64,000 nucleotides of DNA. It comes from a virus. Position numbers and translations under genes: made by a program. Numbering within the stretch: position 1 is the first letter of the stretch; the number at the start of each line of letters is the position of its first letter. Below the pieces are notes generated by a model, which saw nothing but the letters and a program-made list of their open reading frames with translations, made no database searches and was not told where the DNA came from. Below are positions 57,441 through 64,000 of the stretch, in pieces. The DNA lies in the IMG/VR virus record IMGVR_UViG_3300045988_114751, positions 1 to 64,000 of that record; one strand, written 5' to 3'.

Positions 57441-59699
57441 TTATTTGCATTCCAATTTGTTAAGATCATCCAATTCAGACTTGCTTACGGTCATGTCTTG
57501 CGTCAGGCCGGATCTGTTTTGGTATGGAGCGTAATCGGTTTCTACCATCTTAGCCTTCTGAGTAGAATCGTATTTCACCTCCGATTCGGTTCCTGTCAGA
57601 TTTTGATAGATAGAGCCGGAACTGCTCTCGCTTACTTTAGTCCAGATCTTGTTACCTACTCTTATAAAATTATCATAAATACCTTCGGCTGTTATAACAC
57701 CATCTTGCTCTACAATATTAGAGCCCGATTTTTCTTTTAACAAATACGGGTGCCTGGTATAAAAATAGTGTTCAAAATCATTCCCAGCATACGAAGAGTC
57801 ATACCTCTCCAAATAAAACAATTTTGATAAAGAAGGGTCGGTGCTGGTCATGCTATAATCAAACAACATTGACCGATCTTTTCCAGATAAAGATAATTCT
57901 ATTGATTTCAAAATATCAAGATCACCAGAAATAAGACCCAAAGATGGACCAGGTTTGAAGTCAAGATACTTATAGGCATTATCATATAATTTTGTTTTAT
58001 GGAGTTTGTTGTCAAGGTAAGATTGGTATAAATCGAATAAGGATAATGGGTTTTCGCTATCTTGTTTTTTGCTCATATATCGACTATACTCCCGATCCAC
58101 ATCCACGTAAGAAACGTCGAGTACCGCCGGGTGCCCAAACGCCAGCCTGGTCATTATCATGGCCTCCGTGTTCTGGGAATCCATGAACGATCTGACATAT
58201 TTTTTAATAGAATCCATGAGCGTATTATCATCTACATTCCATACTTTCTCCTTGTCCAAAACCCCATTATTAAAACAAGATTCAGGATATATTTTAGCAG
58301 GGAAGTAAGTTAGATAGTGTTTAGCCAGCACCGTTGATATTTGATACATCTTATTAAGATCATCTTTATAGATTCTTTGATATAGATTATCTTCCACCTT
58401 AAGCAATGAGTGCTTCTCAAATGCTTCTACTGGATCTATATCGGATTCAGAATAAACGATATTCAAATTATCCATATTCTCTGGTAACGATCCAAAATAA
58501 TAATCTGTACTATCACCAAGAACATCGTCTATAGAAGATGCCAGCGTAGGAGCATAATTCACATCATTGTGCCTGGCCACATAAATATCAAGATCCAGCA
58601 TCAAATTATCTATCTTAGCCAAAGATTCTTCTGTACCATCATAAGTCTCTGACGCCCCTATTATATCTATGCCAAACCACATACAAGCCTCTTCTATATC
58701 CCATATCATGCTTCTTAAATCAGATTCGGTGTCAGCGTTAGCCCTATTTAAATAAGCTGATATACGAGCTCTTAAAAATTCTATTTTACCGGGATTATAA
58801 TAAGACAGGTCTTGTAGCTTAGATAAAGACCTTTTCTTTCCTTCTACCACATCATCGCCTTCTATGTTTATTACCGGCATCTTTTCCATAGATGAAAACT
58901 CATCAAACATAGATTCAGCAAATTTTTTATCAGAAACAAATTTCTCGACCAGCTCAGGATACAGGTTCCTCAACGATTCAAAAGCGGATGAAGATTCAGA
59001 AAAGTTTTTTATGCCGCCTACTGCTTTGCACATAGCCCAATAAAGCTCAGAAGGATTATATGGTACTTTTTTACCAAATTGGTTAAACACTCCCTCCTTG
59101 TAAACAATAGGACCATACTGATAGTTAATAGACATAAAATAATTATCTTTTTCCCTATCATGTTCGTTATTGGAATAATCCAATAGCTTCCTCATGGATG
59201 TCGAAACTTCATTAAGAACAGAAGGATCAGATAAGATTCTACTTATCTCTGTTTCATCATACAAGCCTGATCTTCTTAAATTCTGCTCATTCAGTATCAA
59301 ACTACCATCTACATAAAAATAATGAAGAATGATGTTGGATAATGATGATGCCGTATAAACACCATAGGTAGATAAAAGAAAATCTCTTACATCCTTAACA
59401 TCCTGAGCCGTTAGAGGATCGGCAAAATAAGTTTGACGCTTCATATACGACAGTACGTCATCCAAAAGAGGTTCGCCATTGGAGTCTGTATTAAACATCT
59501 CCCCAGGGGCAGGGTTATTCCAATGACCGTAATACGACAAAAAATCAGGAGTATAAGCCTTCGCCCATACCTGAAGAGCCCGCTCGCTATCTCCCAATAC
59601 TTTTAATGCACTTTCATATAGAACGGAAGGCTCCCCGTTAGGAGCCTCAACTCGTTCTATAATATTATCCTTTTTTTCTATCTGACATTTTAATCCCAT
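57441..59699 (-). CDS. Large hypothetical protein (752 aa), probably virion-associated
   Basis: ORF track; directly downstream of the giant ORF at 59725-64000. Confidence 0.65.
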   Translation of the reverse strand: MGLKCQIEKKDNIIERVEAPNGEPSVLYESALKVLGDSERALQVWAKAYTPDFLSYYGHWNNPAPGEMFNTDSNGEPLLDDVLSYMKRQTYFADPLTAQDVKDVRDFLLSTYGVYTASSLSNIILHYFYVDGSLILNEQNLRRSGLYDETEISRILSDPSVLNEVSTSMRKLLDYSNNEHDREKDNYFMSINYQYGPIVYKEGVFNQFGKKVPYNPSELYWAMCKAVGGIKNFSESSSAFESLRNLYPELVEKFVSDKKFAESMFDEFSSMEKMPVINIEGDDVVEGKKRSLSKLQDLSYYNPGKIEFLRARISAYLNRANADTESDLRSMIWDIEEACMWFGIDIIGASETYDGTEESLAKIDNLMLDLDIYVARHNDVNYAPTLASSIDDVLGDSTDYYFGSLPENMDNLNIVYSESDIDPVEAFEKHSLLKVEDNLYQRIYKDDLNKMYQISTVLAKHYLTYFPAKIYPESCFNNGVLDKEKVWNVDDNTLMDSIKKYVRSFMDSQNTEAMIMTRLAFGHPAVLDVSYVDVDREYSRYMSKKQDSENPLSLFDLYQSYLDNKLHKTKLYDNAYKYLDFKPGPSLGLISGDLDILKSIELSLSGKDRSMLFDYSMTSTDPSLSKLFYLERYDSSYAGNDFEHYFYTRHPYLLKEKSGSNIVEQDGVITAEGIYDNFIRVGNKIWTKVSESSSGSIYQNLTGTESEVKYDSTQKAKMVETDYAPYQNRSGLTQDMTVSKSELDDLNKLECK

Positions 59700-59724
59700 G
59701 ACTTGTATTTTTTGACAAATATAG

Positions 59725-62700
59725 TTAACATTCTTTGTTTAACTCATTTATTGAATCATAATTATCAGAATTTTTTACAAGATTCTTATTCCTGTCTATC
59801 TCTTCCTGACTCATGTTTTTTATCATGTTCTGTATTTCTCTTCCAGATTGTAATAAGGAACGTATAAATTCACTGGAACTTATTTTAACTCCAAGATCGG
59901 GTTTAGCCCTGAACGCCTCACCGGTGTTGATGTTGTACAAATCATACAAACCTGAGTTCATGTAGAATTTGTATATCCAGTTTCCACCAGCTTTCTTGTA
60001 TCCTAATTTGGTTAGCTCAGTTACACTCATGCCAAATTTAATGCCATTACGAGCCATTATCTTCTCTGGTATAGATTCTACCTTAGCCGGAACAGATGTA
60101 TATGCTTCGTTACCGCCATACAGGAAATAAGGAGATGTTACCCTTGATATCGGAGGAAACACTTCTTCGGCTATATAAGGTTTATCTTTTACAGCCTTAG
60201 ACTCTTGCTTTGGATTGGATATTCTAATAAAAGGATTGTAAGTCATAAAGGTTAAACCGTATTCCACCTTATATCCCGACACGTTATTGAGGCTCCTTAT
60301 AGCTTTAACTGTATGATTATGGGCAATAGTATCTATCCCATATCTGGATTCCATATCAGTCATGATATTATTAACCTCATCTCCTTCTACATAAATCTCA
60401 TCTCCTTCCTGGATAGAGGTTATGCCGGCAGCCCTTCTAAGTAACCATAAAGTAACTTCGGCAATATCAGAGAACTTATTTCCGTTCTTACTATAGTTAT
60501 CTACTCTTCCCTCTTCAGATCCAGGTAATTCAACATCTCCTTTAACTTCGACATTTGTTCCGGATTGTCCTTCGACCTCTCCATCTCCCTTTTTATCGCC
60601 ATCTTCCTCAGTGCGTACTGCACCGCCTTCTGTACTTCCTTCTTTTCCATCATTTAAAATATTATCTGATTCTGACTCTATAGACTCCACAACAGCATCA
60701 TACTCTGGAATGCCGCTAAGGAAATCCGCTACGTTATTCAAAAACTCTATTTTTTCCTCGTTTGTCATATCAAGGCTTTCCACGGGCCCCCATATGGCAG
60801 GCAAGTTGTTTGATTCTATTGCAGTAGAAACATCTTCTACAGTTTGGTTATCCACCGTAGACAAAACTTCAGAAACCAAACTATTGATGTCAGATTCCAT
60901 TTTTTCTACTTCCTCTTTTGTGCCATATTCTTTTAGGGTATCCATGCCATTGACTCTAAGAGAATAATTCAAAGCCTTGCTTGGAACAAAATTAATATAT
61001 TTCAAAAAGTTTTTCAACTCTGATATAATCTGTTCATCAGATCTTGGACCAACATAATCCACTACTACCTGATCTGTTTGAGAACGAAGCCAAGAAACGT
61101 ATTCTTCTAAGGTCTTACCACCTTTACCGGAAGGAGTGGATATTTTATCACCTACTGTTCCTTTAGGTTCTAATCCCATTTCCTCTTTAAGACTTTTTGG
61201 ATTACCTCTCTCACGAAGAAACCTCAAATCGCCTCCTACAATCTTCCTTGCTATAAAATCAAAAATATTAGCATAAGGCGGCAATCCTTCTTTTTCTATA
61301 TGAGATTCTATTTCGTTTAACATAAGAGAGAAGTTTTTCCTGGAGGTACGCTTCTTGCCAGGTAAAGACTGCGCAGCTTGTGCCGCAGGAGCCGGCTGAG
61401 TTGATGGCGTCGGCTGAGTCGCTTGGACAGGCTTTTCTTCTGGCGTTTCCTCTTCATAAACATCCACGTCTTCTTTAGAAGTAACGGTCTTACCCTCATC
61501 AGAGAAAGGAAGATCATCTTCTATAAGTGATTTAGGTCTGGAAGATGATTTACCAAACTGGATCCTGATCTTAGGAGCGACAAACATCTCACCTTCGAAA
61601 TCTATTCCAGATTCTACTTCAGACGTCACAATATCTTTCACGCTCCTACTTCCGTCTTCTACCCACTTAACAACATCAGGGACCGTAGATAATTTTTCTA
61701 TAACCTCACGAGCTTTTCTAAGCCCTGAGATAGGATTCAAATACGATACCTGATATGAAGCCGGATCAAGGCCTAACTTGGTTAGATACGCATTGAGATC
61801 TTGTATGTCATCTTGACCTATCTGTAGCAATTCAGAATCACCGGATTCAAGCAGCATATCTATAAAAGACATCCATTTCTGCCCTTCCTCTGATTCTACA
61901 GAACGTAGGCTAACAGGGAAAAGATAATTAAGACCGTTTTTACCCTTGATAACAACTACCGGAACTCTTACATTTTTGTAATTGTTTTTCTTATCGTTTA
62001 ATATAGAATAAGCAAATGGGAATCCTGTGTATTTAGAACCGTTCTTAAGCACGACTTTGCCGTTTAAGACATACCCCACATCAGATACTTTTTCAGCACC
62101 TTTTTCGGTAATAGGGAGATTTTCTACCTGGCCATATCCTTGACCGTTTACCTTCATGTTAAAAACTGGTCTTCCGGGAAGGGTCTGGGCAACAACATGC
62201 GTGCCGACGCCGATGGTAGTCGACCGGCCAGCGTCCTTCTTCCACTTGTTAAAAGCCGTTCTTCTTATTTTACTTATACCATCTATACCACCCGTGTCAG
62301 CTTTAACAACAGAAACGAATCTGTTTCCACTCATGACCTTGATAACCATATTGGATACCAACTTATTCTCGGCAGATTCTATTTTATTTCTATCGCCGGA
62401 CTGAACAGCGTTATCATATTCGGTAAAAAGAGACTGATTATAAGTATCATTGACATCTATCTCAAGATTAACATTATCTCCTTTTTTCAAAGAAGATAAT
62501 GCTTCTTGGTCTATTTTATCTACTTCATTCTCCCCGAATCCAACACCTGTTCTGTACGGAACCAACTCATCTGAATCAAGACGCTTGTAAACCAAAGAAT
62601 AGGAATTACCCACGTCCTGAATAGACACATCTGTGTAACGGTTAAGAACACGAGCCGATTCTTTGTCTATAGACCATCTCGCATGATAAGGAAGTTCAAT

Positions 62701-64000
62701 TATAGTAGCCGTTTCTCCACCCATGTTAAGAGAATACCTTTTAGTGCCATTAGCGTTCGTTTCAGAACTTATTTGAATAGGAACCAATGATTTTATTGAA
62801 GATATAAATTTATCGGCTCTAAGACCTGCAATTTCATACCTTTCATTGCCGTCGTTGGAGATCCTTCTTACCATCAACGTCTCTGGATTCTGGGCACTAT
62901 CTATGTTGGCTCCCGGCGTATTATCGGATTCGTCTAATTCATTTACAAGAGAATCTATATTAGCATCATCTTCCCCAAAATTACTCAACGTAGATTCAGA
63001 GATACGACCTTTGTCAATAATCCTGTTTTGTTCGATATAAGGAAGGAGATCCGTGATGTTTCCAACCTGGCCAAGATCTTCTATGGTAAATACCGAATCG
63101 GCAAGCTTATCTTCGTCAACTTTCTCCCCTTTGTCCCGTCTGTTCATTATATCCACATACGAAGAAATAGCATCATCAAGTTCCTGCCTTTGATCTGATT
63201 CCAAATTTGATTTAGCCATATCAATAACGGCCTTGTTTTCCTCATACACAGATCTTGGACTTGTAAGCCTATCAGCCCTTTCGGATAATGATTTTATGAG
63301 ATTAATAGGACTGTCACCTAAAGACGATACATAATCATCAAAATCTTGTTTGTGTTTATCATACACATCTTTTTCCCTTGCAGTAAGAAGATCAGCATTT
63401 CCTGTATATAATTTATCAATTATAGACTGCCTCACGACTGGAACCATAATAGGGTTATCCATAGCAGCTTCATAATCTTCATCCGATACAGATTCCGTAA
63501 GCGGCGACTCTTTTATATTATCTTCCGCTTCCTTCACCCTATCTTCTCTTACTTTATCAAGTGCGTGCATAAATGCCTTGATAGTCCAAGCTTCATCTTC
63601 CGAAATCTTACCTTCTGACATAGCCTGATCTACCACCTCATCAGTATCATATTCACCGACTTTATTAGGCTCTGCAAAATCAGGAACCTTGTCATCCTCC
63701 TTATAAGGAGTAGACCACAAAGAAGACAACGCTTTTAAAAATCCTCTGTTTTCCTCGGCTAAGAATCTTTTATCAAGCATCTTAGACAAGAAGTTATTCA
63801 TATTCCTATAGTCCATCAAACTCCTACGGTATTCATTTACCAAGGATCTCATGGCTTTATCTTTAGCTGTAAACTCCTTTTCTTGTCTTGATTTTACATT
63901 GAAATAATCATCAAAAGCCACGAGCGTATCATAAGCCTCTATTGCATCTTGTGAGCTTATAGGAGAAAGAGGTGATGATAAAACAGATTCGGTTTTACTT
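59725..64000 (-). CDS. Giant hypothetical protein, more than 1424 aa, truncated by the window. The track start at 63921 is a GTG, and the frame stays open 5'-ward to position 64000.
   Basis: Hand translation of the minus strand at 63922-64000 in the ORF frame gives ...SKTESVLSSPLSPISSQDAIEAYDTLVAFDDYF with no stop. Confidence 0.7.
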   Translation of the reverse strand, partial: SKTESVLSSPLSPISSQDAIEAYDTLVAFDDYFNVKSRQEKEFTAKDKAMRSLVNEYRRSLMDYRNMNNFLSKMLDKRFLAEENRGFLKALSSLWSTPYKEDDKVPDFAEPNKVGEYDTDEVVDQAMSEGKISEDEAWTIKAFMHALDKVREDRVKEAEDNIKESPLTESVSDEDYEAAMDNPIMVPVVRQSIIDKLYTGNADLLTAREKDVYDKHKQDFDDYVSSLGDSPINLIKSLSERADRLTSPRSVYEENKAVIDMAKSNLESDQRQELDDAISSYVDIMNRRDKGEKVDEDKLADSVFTIEDLGQVGNITDLLPYIEQNRIIDKGRISESTLSNFGEDDANIDSLVNELDESDNTPGANIDSAQNPETLMVRRISNDGNERYEIAGLRADKFISSIKSLVPIQISSETNANGTKRYSLNMGGETATIIELPYHARWSIDKESARVLNRYTDVSIQDVGNSYSLVYKRLDSDELVPYRTGVGFGENEVDKIDQEALSSLKKGDNVNLEIDVNDTYNQSLFTEYDNAVQSGDRNKIESAENKLVSNMVIKVMSGNRFVSVVKADTGGIDGISKIRRTAFNKWKKDAGRSTTIGVGTHVVAQTLPGRPVFNMKVNGQGYGQVENLPITEKGAEKVSDVGYVLNGKVVLKNGSKYTGFPFAYSILNDKKNNYKNVRVPVVVIKGKNGLNYLFPVSLRSVESEEGQKWMSFIDMLLESGDSELLQIGQDDIQDLNAYLTKLGLDPASYQVSYLNPISGLRKAREVIEKLSTVPDVVKWVEDGSRSVKDIVTSEVESGIDFEGEMFVAPKIRIQFGKSSSRPKSLIEDDLPFSDEGKTVTSKEDVDVYEEETPEEKPVQATQPTPSTQPAPAAQAAQSLPGKKRTSRKNFSLMLNEIESHIEKEGLPPYANIFDFIARKIVGGDLRFLRERGNPKSLKEEMGLEPKGTVGDKISTPSGKGGKTLEEYVSWLRSQTDQVVVDYVGPRSDEQIISELKNFLKYINFVPSKALNYSLRVNGMDTLKEYGTKEEVEKMESDINSLVSEVLSTVDNQTVEDVSTAIESNNLPAIWGPVESLDMTNEEKIEFLNNVADFLSGIPEYDAVVESIESESDNILNDGKEGSTEGGAVRTEEDGDKKGDGEVEGQSGTNVEVKGDVELPGSEEGRVDNYSKNGNKFSDIAEVTLWLLRRAAGITSIQEGDEIYVEGDEVNNIMTDMESRYGIDTIAHNHTVKAIRSLNNVSGYKVEYGLTFMTYNPFIRISNPKQESKAVKDKPYIAEEVFPPISRVTSPYFLYGGNEAYTSVPAKVESIPEKIMARNGIKFGMSVTELTKLGYKKAGGNWIYKFYMNSGLYDLYNINTGEAFRAKPDLGVKISSSEFIRSLLQSGREIQNMIKNMSQEEIDRNKNLVKNSDNYDSINELNKEC

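Overview
The window is AT-rich and gene-dense. Strong AGGAGG-type Shine-Dalgarno sites, frequent ATGA stop/start overlaps and normal use of TAA, TAG and TGA stops point to a large virulent or temperate phage of a low-GC Gram-positive-type host. This is an inference; no capsid, portal or terminase gene is recognisable here.

Layout: positions 254-39450 hold about 75 mostly small plus-strand ORFs (an early and replication region). That region includes a Zn-ribbon plus Toprim primase, a DnaB-like helicase RecA domain, a DEAD/DEAH SF2 helicase, a Cas4/RecB-like Fe-S exonuclease, a second PD-(D/E)xK nuclease, an HNH-like endonuclease and a dATP/dGTP-pyrophosphohydrolase-like protein. Positions 39581 to the window end are a minus-strand block containing three giant ORFs (2138 aa, 752 aa, and more than 1398 aa that runs off the window), a Bro-N antirepressor, low-complexity proteins and small genes.

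The less ordinary content is:
- a 51-bp tandem repeat array at the window start;
- two tRNA-like T-arm elements, each preceded by a hairpin with a 14-nt loop;
- a head-domain-only class II (CCA/poly(A)-polymerase family) nucleotidyltransferase next to a small ABC-type ATPase;
- an acyl-carrier-protein, NfeD-like and flotillin (SPFH) gene trio;
- two different IS200/IS605-family TnpB genes with no TnpA, one interrupted by a single in-frame TGA;
- a C9/G9 homopolymer that separates an ATG-initiated mini-ORF from a start-less long ORF (phase-variation or slippage candidate);
- two SD-led micro-ORFs for 24-26 aa hydrophobic peptides;
- paralogous Cys-rich small proteins;
- a Gly/Cys/Gln-rich membrane protein cluster.

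No CRISPR array, rRNA or confidently foldable canonical tRNA was found. Coordinates of features I derived by hand may be off by 1-2 nt.
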